The position numbers were made by a program, and so were the translations under genes. The notes beneath the pieces were generated by a model. The model worked only from the letters and a program-made list of their open reading frames with translations, searched no databases and had not been told where the DNA came from. 64,000 nucleotides of DNA from an uncultured Methanosarcinaceae archaeon (GTDB lineage: Archaea; Halobacteriota; Methanosarcinia; Methanosarcinales; Methanosarcinaceae). Location of the stretch: the NCBI GenBank assembly GCA_963833425.1, contig CAWHXP010000008.1, positions 564,578 through 628,577 of the forward strand. The letters run 5' to 3'. Position 1 is the first letter of the stretch, and each line of letters starts with the position of its first letter. Shown one piece after another: positions 1 through 12,048 of this stretch.

Positions 1-259
1 TTTCCATGATAAGCTTATCTGCTTCAGGTTCCATCCATGTAGTGACAAAACTAGCTAGATTTAGTAAAGGATTGCCGTCGAGGCTCAGCTGATTGTGTAC
101 TATCTGATAAGCAGCTCTTGGACTCATCCCCTCTTCAGGGAACTTGTATTTGGTAATTTCTTTTTCGGTGCCTTTTGGAAGATAGCTGGCATTATATGCT
201 CCAACATGGCACTGTGCTGATTTATCTAATTTTTCCAGATTCACTTTTTTTGAAATCAT
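1..259 (-). CDS. gadB: glutamate decarboxylase (PLP-dependent, group II), N-terminal part; runs off the window start
   Basis: Manual translation [10 protein letters not shown]...[50 protein letters not shown]; [18 protein letters not shown] is the GAD N-terminal signature. Confidence 0.9.
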   Translation of the reverse strand, partial: MISKKVNLEKLDKSAQCHVGAYNASYLPKGTEKEITKYKFPEEGMSPRAAYQIVHNQLSLDGNPLLNLASFVTTWMEPEADKLIME

Positions 260-1223
260 AATTTTAACCCTTACATGTAATACAAAATTCCTGCATTTCC
301 TCGTTTATCACTCAAAACAGAAGGAAAAATAAAAAGCTTTTGAGCATAAGGTTTAAACTTCTCATAGTTTACTTTTTCCATTAATCACTTTCGATATTAG
401 TTTTTAGGAAATTTTTTGGGAAAAACGATGTGAAAATCTACCTAAACAAACTTCAAGAAGCTTAACATGTATATCAGGCTACTAAGTTCAATTTAATGGA
501 GATTCGATGTTTCAGATAATTTCTACACAACCTATTTTATAAAAGCTTTGTGAATTTATCTAACTATAGAACTTCTACTAACCACATTCTGACAATAAAG
601 CTAAAATCTGTTCTTCATAAGAAATTATTGGATAAATCCATATTTGGTTGTGTCTAGAACTGTGTATAATATCTGAAAAAAGTTTATATCCCCTGTATTA
701 AGGAAAAAGTAGAGAAATCTTTGAGAATATATTTTTCAGTAACATGCCTCATAACCAAAAGTTGTTTTGCTGCTAAAAGAGAGTAGATTTCTCGAAGCTT
801 ACATTCAAAGAAAATCTTGAACAACTCCTAAATTCTATCATATGCTAATAAATGAAATATATGACTCATAAAACTCATAGATTGATCTAAACCCTCTTAA
901 AAATAACAAATTTTTGTATTAGTATATTTTTATACTGAAGTCCAATTATATCCAGAGGTAACTTCATAATCACTATCAAAGTTACATAAATATCTAAAAG
1001 AACAATCTTTTAGAAAAGTTATTTAATAGTCATATAAATATTATGTCCATTATTACCCTAATATCATATATAAATTATAAAATCAAAAATTTTAATTAAT
1101 AATTTAGATTCAATTTTATCTCTAATATTTTGGAACTGAGTCTACATATATGTTATCGGTTTCAGTAAATGGTTCTTACAACTCAAATTCGAAAATATCA
1201 AAATAATCCAAAGAAGTGATATC

Positions 1224-2204
1224 ATGATTTACCTCACTAGAGTTAAAAAAGACATTCCACAACGTGGTAAGGGGATAAGGTTGGCCATTTATCAGGGTGA
1301 AGGCTCCATTGGAACACCAAAAGCAGTACAAAGCAACATAGAAAAACTTGAAGAGGTTTTAAAGCAGGCCAAAAAGTATAATGCCCAACTCATCAGTTTT
1401 CCAGAGCTGTATATGACTGGCTACGCTCTTAACCCTGATCTAGTAAAAAAATTAGCAGAAGAGATTAATGGAACTTCCATTAGAAAAGTTTCCGAAATAG
1501 CCAAAAACAATGATATGGCTATTATCTTTCCTTATCCTGAAAGAGATTTAAGCTCAAGAGAAGTTCATTACTTTGACTCTATTGCTGTAATAAATTCTGA
1601 TGGCTCATTGCTACAAAATTACCGCAAAACACATCTCTTTGGACAGGTGGAGAAATCAAATTTTTCATTTGGATACACTGAGATAAATAATGAAAAACTG
1701 TTTCCTGTTATCAAAGTAGTAGATTTTCCTATTGGAATTTTAAATTGCTATGAGGCAGAATTTCCAGAATTATCGAGAATTTTAGCTATCAAGGGGGCCA
1801 AATTAATAGTAATCCCCACTGCTGCTGATTATTATTATACATTACTAGATGGGAAACATACACAAATACCCTATCCAGATGTTACAAAAAGTATTATTCC
1901 TTCGAATGCCTATTTTAATAAAATATTTATTGCTTATTCCAACCGCTGTGGCTGTGAAAAAGTAGGCAAAAATTCATGGCAATATAGAGGAAATTCTGTT
2001 ATCAGTAGTCCAAACGGCGATCTTTTATTAGCGGCCAGATCTGAAGAAACCCTTCTGATTGCAGATGTCATCCCCAGTGATTTTGGGCCCACACATCCGG
2101 AAGGAGATTATCTTAAAGATCGTAGACCAGAGCTTTATCGTGAACTCGTTACAAAAAATGTGACATTTGAAGGAGGATATGCCTACCTTGATAGGTCAGC
2201 TTGA
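1224..2204 (+). CDS. carbon-nitrogen hydrolase (nitrilase/amidase superfamily)
   Basis: Glu-Lys-Cys triad motifs FPELY, YRKTHLF and LNCYEAEFPE; C-terminal YLKDRRPELY. Confidence 0.9.
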   Translation: MIYLTRVKKDIPQRGKGIRLAIYQGEGSIGTPKAVQSNIEKLEEVLKQAKKYNAQLISFPELYMTGYALNPDLVKKLAEEINGTSIRKVSEIAKNNDMAIIFPYPERDLSSREVHYFDSIAVINSDGSLLQNYRKTHLFGQVEKSNFSFGYTEINNEKLFPVIKVVDFPIGILNCYEAEFPELSRILAIKGAKLIVIPTAADYYYTLLDGKHTQIPYPDVTKSIIPSNAYFNKIFIAYSNRCGCEKVGKNSWQYRGNSVISSPNGDLLLAARSEETLLIADVIPSDFGPTHPEGDYLKDRRPELYRELVTKNVTFEGGYAYLDRSA

Positions 2205-3444
2205 GATATATTTATGTACTAATACAGCTCTAAAATTTGAACTTTTACCTCAAAATAGGCAGCAGTTGATGAAAGTTACAACAATTTATGAATAGATGTC
2301 AACTGCATTTTGAGATCAGTATTTATTTAGGAATCTTAAAAATATTTTTACAGGCCCAATTGATTAATGAAACTTGACACTTAAACTAGACATCTTTCCC
2401 AATATCTTTTTATCGATTCAGGATGAAGCTTTAAAGCTCTGTGAAAACTATCTTCTTTCAATTATCAAACTGCCTCTTATAGAAAGTTGCTTAGATGGAA
2501 TTTCAGAAGCCAGTGAATGCGATCTTCTACCTCGTTCATGCAATGAATTTTGTGGCATTGTTAAGTAAAAATAGAATGCATATGACACGAAATTATTTTT
2601 AATTTACACAATTGTTTGCATACAGCAAGATACTTAAGCACCAGCATCAAGTGATAAGCGATCTGACCATATCCATGTATAAAGCTGTCAAATTCCATGC
2701 ATATCTGATCCCGGTTAGAAAGAGAAGTCATAATCTTTGATCATAATTGCTAAAAGAATCGTATTACAAAGAATTATGATTTAGAATGTTAGAAGAGACT
2801 AAAAAGAGGTGATTGTTAATCCCATACCCTCCCGAAAGGACAGGATATTCATTATCCACCGAACTCAAGAAGTGATGGAAATTACACCCTATAAATATAG
2901 AAGGATGATCTATAGCCTGGATATAGACCTTTCGTATGAACTTAAATTCAAATTTTAACCCCGATAAACATGCAAAATGTTTAAGAAAGTAAATAAGTAA
3001 CATTTTTTTGCGTCTCTACTTCTCAAAACATTTCTATAAAATTTTTAATTACTTTATATGACTTAAGAGTAGATAGAGCTAATGAAGTAATTGAGTTGTA
3101 CTTTCAAACACTGTATCTGAAGATGAAAAAATTCGGAGTGCTTCTAACCCACTTCTAATTCTATACCAAGTTGAATATTTAATAATCTGATCTAGCCCTG
3201 AGACTCTCTGTAGTCGTCAAAGTGATGATTAATTTGTCATAAACTTCAAAAAAGGGATTTATCAGCAGGTACATCCATTTATCCAAATCGTAAATGCAAT
3301 ATTGAATAGCCTAAGAATCCATTTTCTTCGAATATCGGAAAAAAACAAGAAAAAAATGATAAAAATTCTTTCTTGACATCGATTATTAAGTGTCAAATTG
3401 TTTTAAAACTATCAATTTTTGTGATAAGAGATCAAAATATAAAA

Positions 3445-4599
3445 TTATTTTCGATAAGCAAACAGAATGTTAGTAACGATATCATTCCAATCATATTTTT
3501 TAGCTTTGCAAAAAGCTCTCTCAACAGCCTCTTTGTAATCAATACTTTCTTGGATGATTTTTTTTATAGCGACTTTAACTGCATCTGCATCCAGGTTAAC
3601 AACAAACCCATCCATCCCGTCATCAACCAATTCCTGAGCTGCGTTGTATCTTTCCTTCACCGTCACCACAGGCACTCCGCAGGCAAAAGCCTCTATTACA
3701 ACCATTCCGAAACCTTCTCTGCTGGAAGGCAGCACAAGAACCTTTGAAGCCTTTATTTTTCCAATGAGCGCACGGTATTCCTGAAAGTCTACAAACTCTA
3801 AGTTTCCGCTTACTACTAGCTCTTTTGCAAGCTCCATAAGTTCTGCCTTTTCGGATCCTTCACCAACAATGCAGCATCTAATATTCGGGAAATCTGCTTT
3901 AAGAAGGAAAACTGCTTTAACTAAGACATCAACATTTTTTTCCTTAATAAGCCTACCTACGAAAATCACATCGTAGATTTTCCCATCAAGCCTTGAACAA
4001 GTTATAGCGCCTTCCGATTCGATCCCATTAATCATTTCAAGATCTATACCATTAGGGATAACCGTAATTTTTTCTTCAGGAACCAAAAGTGTTTCAAGCT
4101 TCTTCTTCGTCCAGTCCGAAACTGCTATGTTTTTGTCCGATATTTTTGAAATCGATTTTTCTATAACTTTTCCGAAAAAGCCTGCCTTTCCCAAATATTC
4201 ATACCAGTAATCACCCCAAACTTCATGCCATGTGAACACCGAAGGAGTTTTTTTCAGAATTGAGACCACTTTTGTGGTAAAACATGGAAAATATGGAAAT
4301 ACACTCACATCTATAAGGTCCATTTTTTCCCGTTGGAGATGGGAGAACAATTTCACTGAGAAAATAAGGGCTTCGGAAATTGATCTCCTACCGTTTACAT
4401 ACAGTTCCTTAGATTCACAAACTCCATGTAAAGTCATACCTTCATACTCAACAGTATCCTCCCCTTTCCACCACTTGATCCCAAAAATATGCACTTCGTG
4501 CCCCTTGACCGAGAGCCGCTTCCCCAATTCATGGATGCGCTTTTCTGCACCGCCTTTGACCCATGGATATACAGCGTCGTATACGAAGGCTATTTTCAT
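3445..4599 (-). CDS. glycosyltransferase family 4 (GT-B)
   Basis: GGAEKR, IPNGID, FVGRLIKEKNVD and PSSREGFGMVVIEAFACGVPVV motifs. Confidence 0.92.
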   Translation of the reverse strand: MKIAFVYDAVYPWVKGGAEKRIHELGKRLSVKGHEVHIFGIKWWKGEDTVEYEGMTLHGVCESKELYVNGRRSISEALIFSVKLFSHLQREKMDLIDVSVFPYFPCFTTKVVSILKKTPSVFTWHEVWGDYWYEYLGKAGFFGKVIEKSISKISDKNIAVSDWTKKKLETLLVPEEKITVIPNGIDLEMINGIESEGAITCSRLDGKIYDVIFVGRLIKEKNVDVLVKAVFLLKADFPNIRCCIVGEGSEKAELMELAKELVVSGNLEFVDFQEYRALIGKIKASKVLVLPSSREGFGMVVIEAFACGVPVVTVKERYNAAQELVDDGMDGFVVNLDADAVKVAIKKIIQESIDYKEAVERAFCKAKKYDWNDIVTNILFAYRK

Positions 4600-4610
4600 T
4601 TTATCACTTA

Positions 4611-5735
4611 CTAGTCTGTGTCCACTTCTAGTAGCATTACGCTGATAAAAATTGCAGAGAAAATTAGCTGAAGCCCAATTGCTGCAAGAACCATTGAAAT
4701 AACTGCCGATTCTACCTCTTTAAGGGAACCAAATCCAGAACTAATCCAAGTATAGGCGACTTTCAGCCCGAGAATGATGCCAAGCCCCAAAATAATGGAG
4801 CCTGAAAATAGTTCTTTTTCTAGGGAATGGTAGCTCAACATTTGTTTCCTTTTTTTGTCAACCTGATACATGCCATGGATCAGGCCATATGTTTTCATAT
4901 ACCCACCAGTAGCTAGAATTTGCCCCCCAATTATTAAAAGCATACTGCCTAAAATAAATGAATGTGATCTGTTATATGCAGCACTTTCTGTGAAAAGAAG
5001 AGAAGAAGTTATTAAAAAACCAAGGATAAACACAAAAGCACCTGGTAAGTATAAGAAAGGAACTGGCCTATAGAGCATCATGAAGCGTACATGTCTCCAA
5101 CCATCCTTAAAAGAGTTCAATTTGGACGGAGCTTTGCGTGGGTAATAGGTTATAGGAATTTCCTTGATCCTCAGTCCACATTTAGCGGCTTCAATCACCA
5201 TTTCGGAAGCTAATTCCATGCCATGAGTTTTAAGACTCATTTTTTCAAGTGCTTCTTTTGTAAAAGCTCTCATTCCACAATGAGCATCCGATATTTTCGT
5301 TTTGAACAAAAAATTAAGCATTTCAGTCAGTAAAGGATTGCCTATGTATCGATGCAACCAAGGCATGGCTTCTTTTTTAATATCACCTTTGATTCTGGTC
5401 CCTATTACAAAGTCTGCATCTCCTGCAATGAGAGGATCCAAAAATTTATCAAGCTCAAGTAGATCGTATGTATTGTCCGCATCTGAAATAGCAATATATT
5501 TCCCCTTCGCCAGGGCAAGTCCCTTGAGGTAAGCATTCCCATATCCTTTTATTGGGCCGATTACTCTTGCACCCATACCCGTAGCGATCTCAGCTGTTCT
5601 GTCTGACGAATTGTCAGCGACTATTATCTCTCCATCTATGTTATATTTTTTTAATATATATTGAGCTTTCTCTATGCAAATTCGGATGGTTTCTTCTTCA
5701 TTCATTGAAGGCATTACGAAAGACAGAGAGGGCAT
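4611..5735 (-). CDS. glycosyltransferase family 2, dolichol-phosphate mannosyltransferase-like, with C-terminal TM helices
   Basis: SFVMPSMNEE, VADNSSD, GYGNA, SDADNTY and ISDAHCGMRAF motifs; hydrophobic C-terminus; start placed at MPSLSF. Confidence 0.9.
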   Translation of the reverse strand: MPSLSFVMPSMNEEETIRICIEKAQYILKKYNIDGEIIVADNSSDRTAEIATGMGARVIGPIKGYGNAYLKGLALAKGKYIAISDADNTYDLLELDKFLDPLIAGDADFVIGTRIKGDIKKEAMPWLHRYIGNPLLTEMLNFLFKTKISDAHCGMRAFTKEALEKMSLKTHGMELASEMVIEAAKCGLRIKEIPITYYPRKAPSKLNSFKDGWRHVRFMMLYRPVPFLYLPGAFVFILGFLITSSLLFTESAAYNRSHSFILGSMLLIIGGQILATGGYMKTYGLIHGMYQVDKKRKQMLSYHSLEKELFSGSIILGLGIILGLKVAYTWISSGFGSLKEVESAVISMVLAAIGLQLIFSAIFISVMLLEVDTD

Positions 5736-6470
5736 GTTCAGTTTATACAGCATATTACTTAATAAATATTTTGACACATATCACTATTTTCAAATCTCTT
5801 CGTTTCCGAAAACCATTTTTTTTTACAAAAAAATAAGATAAAAAATTAAATGAAAAATAATGGAATCATCGATCAGGGACACAAAAAAATAAATATATTA
5901 CTGATACTGACGCCGCATTGTACTTTATGTATCTTTTGAATTATTTATTAATGATGATAGATAGCCTTATTTGGTGAAGCAAATTAGGACTATCAAAAAG
6001 TTCTTAAGTTTTATTTCGTGCTGCAGCATCATCTACAAATTATCTTGATCCGCAATTAACTATCCAAAGTCAAAATATTAAAAATAAGCATTCATTGGTG
6101 CTATTTTAATGACATAACTATTTTTTTATATTGAAAACATTATTTATTCATTAGCACTTTGTTTGACAGTGGATAAAGCGAAGAAACTCGGCTTTTGTTA
6201 TTCATTCCAATGGAAACAAACAAAGACATTATTGCACTCAACAGGCAAAGTTAGACTACAAATGAAGAATGATAGAGTCGGAACTCACTAAGACAAAGGA
6301 TTAAATTGTTGAGACACTAGTTTTAATGAATTAGAGATTGTGTCCACAAGTTATTGATCAAATCTGAAAAATCAATATCTCCCACATTTTGTTAAAAATA
6401 TAGAGAAATTTTTATGTGATGGTTTTACAATGAATAGATCCGACTAGCAAATTATTCATTAGACATTATA

Positions 6471-6508
6471 TAAATAAACGACAAAGTATTGGACTTTGTC
6501 GAATTTAT
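6471..6508. terminator. hairpin downstream of the AMMECR1-like gene
   Basis: CGACAAAGT-attgg-ACTTTGTCG 9-bp stem with AT-rich extensions. Confidence 0.3.
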
Positions 6509-6548
6509 ATAGTCCTTTGCGATAGTTTTTGAGCATTACGTTCTGTTT

Positions 6549-7151
6549 TTAATGGTATTTTTCTTCAAAAACTTCGCCGTGTGGTTCTTTTTCCTTGAAG
6601 ATCTGACCTTCGAAACAGTGAACTTCGGCTCCTTTGAGCCAGGCATCAGGAGAAAGACCGGCTTTCAGGCATGTATGGCTCAAAAATTCAATCGAATCCA
6701 TATTGTTTTCAGGGGCCACTTGAGGAAGCAGCAATCCCTGGCTGTAACCTTGCTTTACAATGAGACCATGCCTACCGATCTGTATACAGTTTGGAAGTTC
6801 TTTTGGAGGGGCATTGATTCTTTCAGGAGGGGTAAGAATTGTAACCTCAACAATTATATCATCCAGCTCATCTTCTTCAATAGGTGGAAAGCGAGGGTCA
6901 TGAATTGCTGCTGAGATCGCAGAATCCATAATTGCTTCCTTTAGTATGGAGTCCGGGAGAGGATGCCCTATACAACCCCTCAAGAGGCCATTTTCAGTAA
7001 GTGTAACAAAAACTCCCCTCATTTCCTCGAAAACCTGAGAAAGCTCAAACCCCAAATCTAGAGGCTCTTGAGGTTTTTTTGTAGATAGGAACGATTCAAT
7101 TGCATTTCTTGCAAGTTTGACTGCAGTCCTTCCTTCAGTTTCAGTAAGCAT
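6549..7151 (-). CDS. AMMECR1-domain protein (AmmeMemoRadiSam system protein A)
   Basis: RGVFVTL...LRGCIG, DPRFPP, GRHGLIV and GLLLPQV motifs. Confidence 0.92.
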   Translation of the reverse strand: MLTETEGRTAVKLARNAIESFLSTKKPQEPLDLGFELSQVFEEMRGVFVTLTENGLLRGCIGHPLPDSILKEAIMDSAISAAIHDPRFPPIEEDELDDIIVEVTILTPPERINAPPKELPNCIQIGRHGLIVKQGYSQGLLLPQVAPENNMDSIEFLSHTCLKAGLSPDAWLKGAEVHCFEGQIFKEKEPHGEVFEEKYH

Positions 7152-7579
7152 GCGTAAACCAACACCTATTCTTCAATAGTCTAGTCTTAAATATCACTGC
7201 CATTAATCTGTAGATCTCATTTGTTATTATAATTTACACCGGTTAATAACAATATGTTACTGAAACTGGTATAACAATATGTTTATCCAAACTTCTCATT
7301 TCCAGAACATCATTTATGATGAGATGGAACTTACTTTCCGCAGCTGTGTATAAAAATGCCATCCATTTTTTTCAATATGAGGGTATCTTAAATAATCTAA
7401 CTTTCCGTATGTTAGTAGGAAAATAGACCCACAAATTGTACATATCTTGCATCCATGAATGTCAGCTTCCAGACGGGAAAAACTACTTAAAAAGCAAAAT
7501 CAAAAAAAAAATACAGCAACTGTTAAACAGAAGGTATTGCTACAAAATTAATCGATCCGGAGAATAAGGAAACAAATCT

Positions 7580-8818
7580 TTAAATTTTTTTAACCTCATT
7601 ATATTTTCTAGCCGCAACCTTCAGGGCCTCGACGCCTGGAAGTTTCACCCCTGCAAGATAATCAATGCAAGCTCCTCCACCTGTACTAATATGGGAGAAA
7701 CGATGTTCTAGACCAAGATGGTCAACTTCCGCAGTTATATGTCCCCCACCAATAATTGAAAACTCAGATTTTACAGCAGCCTTTATTATCTCGTGGGTCC
7801 CAAGAGCAAATTCAGCAATCTCTGATACTCCTGCAGGGCCGTTTAAGACAACAGTTTTTGAATTCTCGATTTCTCTGGTGAAATTCACAATTGTTTCAAG
7901 CCCTATATCGTTTATGGGAAGAGAGTTTGAATTAAGCTTCAAAATAGGCACTTCGACTCGCTTTTTATTATCGTTTACAGCCACATCCATAGGGAGATAA
8001 ACTCTATCTCTGAATCTCGTAAGTAGATTTTTTGCCTTTTCGATCTGAGTTTCGTAACCTTGGGATTTTATGAGTTCCATGTTGACTTTTCCAATGTCTA
8101 TTCCAGAAGCAGCTAAAGCAACGTTTGCTACCACTCCAGTAAATAGTACCCTGTCAGCCCCTCCACTTGCGAGTACATTTTCCGCCACTCTAAGAGAATC
8201 ATCAACTTTTGCTCCTCCCAAAACGAAAGTGCTTGGCCGTTCCACTCCTTTTATAGCCCTGTCAAGAGATACCAGCTCTTTTTCCATCACTCTTCCGGCT
8301 CCAGAAGGAAGAAGTTCCGTAAATCCTACCACAGAAAGATGAGATCTATGAGATACAGCAAATGCATCATTTAGAAAAATATCCACAAAAGGTACTAGCT
8401 TCTTAACCAAGTAGGTTGTAGCATGTTCTGGTGGCGTTCTTTCCAAGATTTCTTCGGAATAGAACCTTACGTTTTCGAGCAATATTACATCACCATTTTC
8501 CATCGAAGCAATCTGAATCTTCGCACAGGTTCCGAAAATATCGTCCACATAACTAACTTGCCTACCAAGGTGTTTAGACAGCAGATGAGCATGAGGCTTC
8601 ATTAGTGTGAAGTCTTGTTTCCCAGGCCTACTCTGGTGCGCAAGCAGAATAACTTTTGCACCCTCTAGATCTTTCAAGGTGGCAACATGACTTCTAATGC
8701 GCATATCATCCAAAATGTTGCCTTTGGGATCCATGGGTGAATTCAGGTCAACCCTTACAAGAATGGTTTTCCCGTCTATGTCAAAATCATCGATCGTAAG
8801 AAAGTTTCTGGAAGTCAT
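7580..8818 (-). CDS. pgk: phosphoglycerate kinase
   Basis: RVDLNSP, LLENVRF, NDAFAVSHR, GGAKVDD and HISTGGGA motifs. Confidence 0.97.
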   Translation of the reverse strand: MTSRNFLTIDDFDIDGKTILVRVDLNSPMDPKGNILDDMRIRSHVATLKDLEGAKVILLAHQSRPGKQDFTLMKPHAHLLSKHLGRQVSYVDDIFGTCAKIQIASMENGDVILLENVRFYSEEILERTPPEHATTYLVKKLVPFVDIFLNDAFAVSHRSHLSVVGFTELLPSGAGRVMEKELVSLDRAIKGVERPSTFVLGGAKVDDSLRVAENVLASGGADRVLFTGVVANVALAASGIDIGKVNMELIKSQGYETQIEKAKNLLTRFRDRVYLPMDVAVNDNKKRVEVPILKLNSNSLPINDIGLETIVNFTREIENSKTVVLNGPAGVSEIAEFALGTHEIIKAAVKSEFSIIGGGHITAEVDHLGLEHRFSHISTGGGACIDYLAGVKLPGVEALKVAARKYNEVKKI

Positions 8819-9540
8819 CTCTGCTCAGCACACCTTTGTGAATAGAGTCGTATATAAATTGAAATGAATTTGAGAATGGAATTTTTGATAATTGTTTATT
8901 ACGTGATAATTGTTCATTACTTAATTAGTGATTACTCTGTCATGGGATTTTTTCCATAAATAAGTTTGTTTCATTTAAGTTGCATAAGTGGATGTGAGTT
9001 TTATATAAAAAACCAAACGAAATCGAAAATAATTCAGGCATTTCACTTTAAAAAAGGTTTTGCATCTACTATCAATAGTGTATAAAGTGAAGAGCAAAGA
9101 CATATGAAAAAGATAATTCAAAGATTTTGAAGAAAGAGTTCGAGTAAATAGCAGTGGTACGTGGAAGCTAAGAATATACATATTTTCACTTTAAAACCTA
9201 TGCATCAGTACAAACGATTGAAACAGGCTTTTTGTCGTAAGGTACTGGCTGTCCATTAATTTCAACAAAGAACAAAATAGTAAGTGCTGCAAAGACTTAT
9301 AAAAAGAAATAGGACAATATCGATTATCTTAAGGCATGTCATTATTACCCTGAAAATTAGGTGATCAATCTATTGAATTATACATGTAGATTTCAACTAT
9401 CAACATGAAATTAACAACCATAAAATATTGTTTGTGTGGTTAGTGAGATGATCACCCGATGATTTAAAGCTGATTTGTCCATAGCTGTTTAACTCGCACA
9501 CTGCCAGATCTATACAATTATTTTACCCTTATTTTTCCAT

Positions 9541-9672
9541 TTACGATGGTTGTTTAAGTTGATTAGTTTCAAGTGTTCCATGAGCTCCATATTTTCTATG
9601 AGTCCCACAAGCTCCAAGAGTAATAGATCGACAACATTTTCCTATCTCAGATGGATCTATTGAAATATTCAT
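9541..9672 (-). CDS. small hypothetical protein, 43 aa, Cys/His-containing
   Basis: AGGAGG Shine-Dalgarno directly before ATG; MNISIDPSEIGKCCRSITLGACGTHRKYGAHGTLETNQLKQPS; may be the 5' stub of a decayed gene. Confidence 0.3.
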   Translation of the reverse strand: MNISIDPSEIGKCCRSITLGACGTHRKYGAHGTLETNQLKQPS

Positions 9673-9864
9673 AATCCTCCTAATTAAATATTGATTTCAT
9701 GCTACTGTTAATATCTATTCACAAAGTGTTAGCTGAAGCAAAAAGATGAGTTTTGATACAAAAGTGATTTAATTTAATCCAACTTATGCTTAAAATGAAT
9801 AGTTAAAACCTTTTACAAAACTAATTCCCATCTTTGATCCACCTTGTTGCTTTAAAGTAACCTG

Positions 9865-10751
9865 TTAAATATATTTTTCAATTATCGATTTGAAATGTGG
9901 ATCCATTAAATAAACGATATATGCAACGATCAAAGTAACGAATATATATGTAATTGTATTCAGATTATATGTGTCTGGGATTTTCCACAAGATTTCCTGC
10001 AGAAAATTATGTACAAGAAATATTGGAAAACATAAGTCGCTACAAAACTTTATCAGGATTGAATTGTTTATGGTTTTTATATAATATCCATTCTGGGCAA
10101 TATAAATCCCTAACGAAAATTCTAACATTCTGGATAATGGGAACCAATACCAACTCCTTCCTCCGAATCCTGGAGGTATGGTTATTCTAACGAACATGGC
10201 AACTAAAAATATTGTGAAGAGACCTGATATACCATTCTCTTTCAAAAATTTTGATAAACAGGGATACATAAAATAAAGACATACTATAGTCCCTACGAAC
10301 CAGCCTACTCCATCAATAGTGCCACTCCATGTAGTTGTGGGAACACCAGCTAATGTGAAGGCTGGATAAAATCCGGTGATTGTCATTACGAGTTCCGACC
10401 ATTTTAAATTTGAAAGTATTCCATCACTAAATACCACTGCAAGTAAAACAGTAAATAGATACATCGGATAAATCCTGATAAGCCTTTTTTTCATAAAGCT
10501 GTTCACATCAAAATTATTTACTGGTCTATGGATTTTAGTTCCATATGTATATTCTAAAGCTGCTCCACTTATCAGAATAAATATGAATACCCCCACCCTC
10601 CAATGTCTTCATATAAACCTATAGCGTACATTTCGGGTATTCCAAAGGATTTCTGTGCTAACCCATAGAACCAGCCTACATGGCTTAAGACGACCATCAT
10701 TATTGCTACAATCCGCAGCACATCGAACATCAAAATTCGATTCTTGCTCAT
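9865..10751 (-). pseudogene. acyltransferase family 3 (OafA-like) membrane protein, single frameshift
   Basis: GGTGGTG SD then MSKNRILMFDVLRIVAIMMVVLSH (FDxLR motif); frame shifts in the G-rich tract GGAGGGTGGGGG near 10590-10602; continues GVFIFILISG...KKRLIRIYP. Confidence 0.8.
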
Positions 10752-11324
10752 AACACCACCTAACTGTCGTGAGATCTATAATAAATTTCGTTAATTCTTG
10801 TCGATTTAACGTTAACAAAAAATAATTTCTTATTATTACATTTATGCATAGGTTTTTAAAGTAAAAGCATAAGTTTATTTTTCAATGTCACCTTTACATT
10901 ACTATTTTTTGGTAGAATAATATTAGTTAAATTTTCCTGTATACAGTGTCTTTCTTTATCTTTAGTCATATTTTTTTATCCAATAACTATAAATAATTAA
11001 TGGACAAAATTATCCCATCATGCCGTTTTTGTTCCATCATAAATCTGTAGCATTTGTAACTACATTTATCAAAAAAGTAATCAATTAAATATCAGTAATA
11101 TAGCTAAAAATTAGAAGTTGAATGAAAAAAATTAATGAATTAAACGCTACCACTATTTTGAACTGCATTTAGAAGGGCATACAAAATTGCAGGATCAGCT
11201 TTTTGAAGTGACAAAAAAAGTTCAGAGATTGCAGTTTTGTCGTGTTCTACGCATTGTCAGATTCTGTCGTTAACGGTAAACCATATTTAAAATAAAATTG
11301 TACTTTTTTGTCTACCAGGAAGTG

Positions 11325-11620
11325 TGAGCTACTCCGCTTTCGACCGTCTCTAGCTTAAATAGATCTGCCCATGTTAATAATGGCTGCCATACTAATTGGT
11401 GAAGAACCACAATAACAAAAACAAGGGTAACAACTCCCAAAATTATAGAAGTTAAATCCCCCTTATTTGCTGCTTCCTTAAGTAGCTACCTAATCCAGGC
11501 AGCCTGAAATCACGCTGACCTGCGGTGAATATCTCTGCAGCCATCAAAGAAAACCATCTTCCTGCTCAGCTCATCATACTATTCCAGATTAAGCTTATGG
11601 CAGCAAAAGAGAAATGTTGG
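11325..11620 (-). pseudogene. internal fragment of a NitT/TauT-type ABC transporter permease
   Basis: Degenerate translation SLIWNSMMS*...FSLMAAEIFTAGQRDFRLPGLGSYLKEAANKGD...HQLVWQPLLTWADLFK, with stops; no start or end. Confidence 0.6.
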
Positions 11621-12048
11621 TCCTTTAATTATAGCCGGGGAAGTGCGAGCCAAGTGTATACCCATATAAACCAAGATAGCTACAGTAATCAATATCACCA
11701 TATCACCCTAGGAAAAGGATACCGCACTGGTCTTCGGGGTATGAATTTATGAGCATCTTGTTGATAGATTATCCAACGCAAGTATTATTTTAGCTTTAAT
11801 AGAACTTATGCACTTAAATCACTGCCAATTTAAAATTAATTAATATATAATTAGTTAATGTATAATTTAAAAAAAGTTCAGTTGTATTTTCCTTGCAGGC
11901 ATTTAGATCAAGATCATATTATAGACTCAGATTATATAACATATACATTTTTAAAAATTAAATCTTGAAATGCAGAAGACTTGTCCTAGCACAGAAATAT
12001 TTATTTTAGTTCGAAGCCGATAATTGTAAATGAATATTTCAGACAGAA

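Noticed and set aside
2374..3003. Short ORFs 2374-2568 and 2764-3003
   Set aside because: No SD or recognisable motif; possibly a decayed gene, but I cannot assign it.
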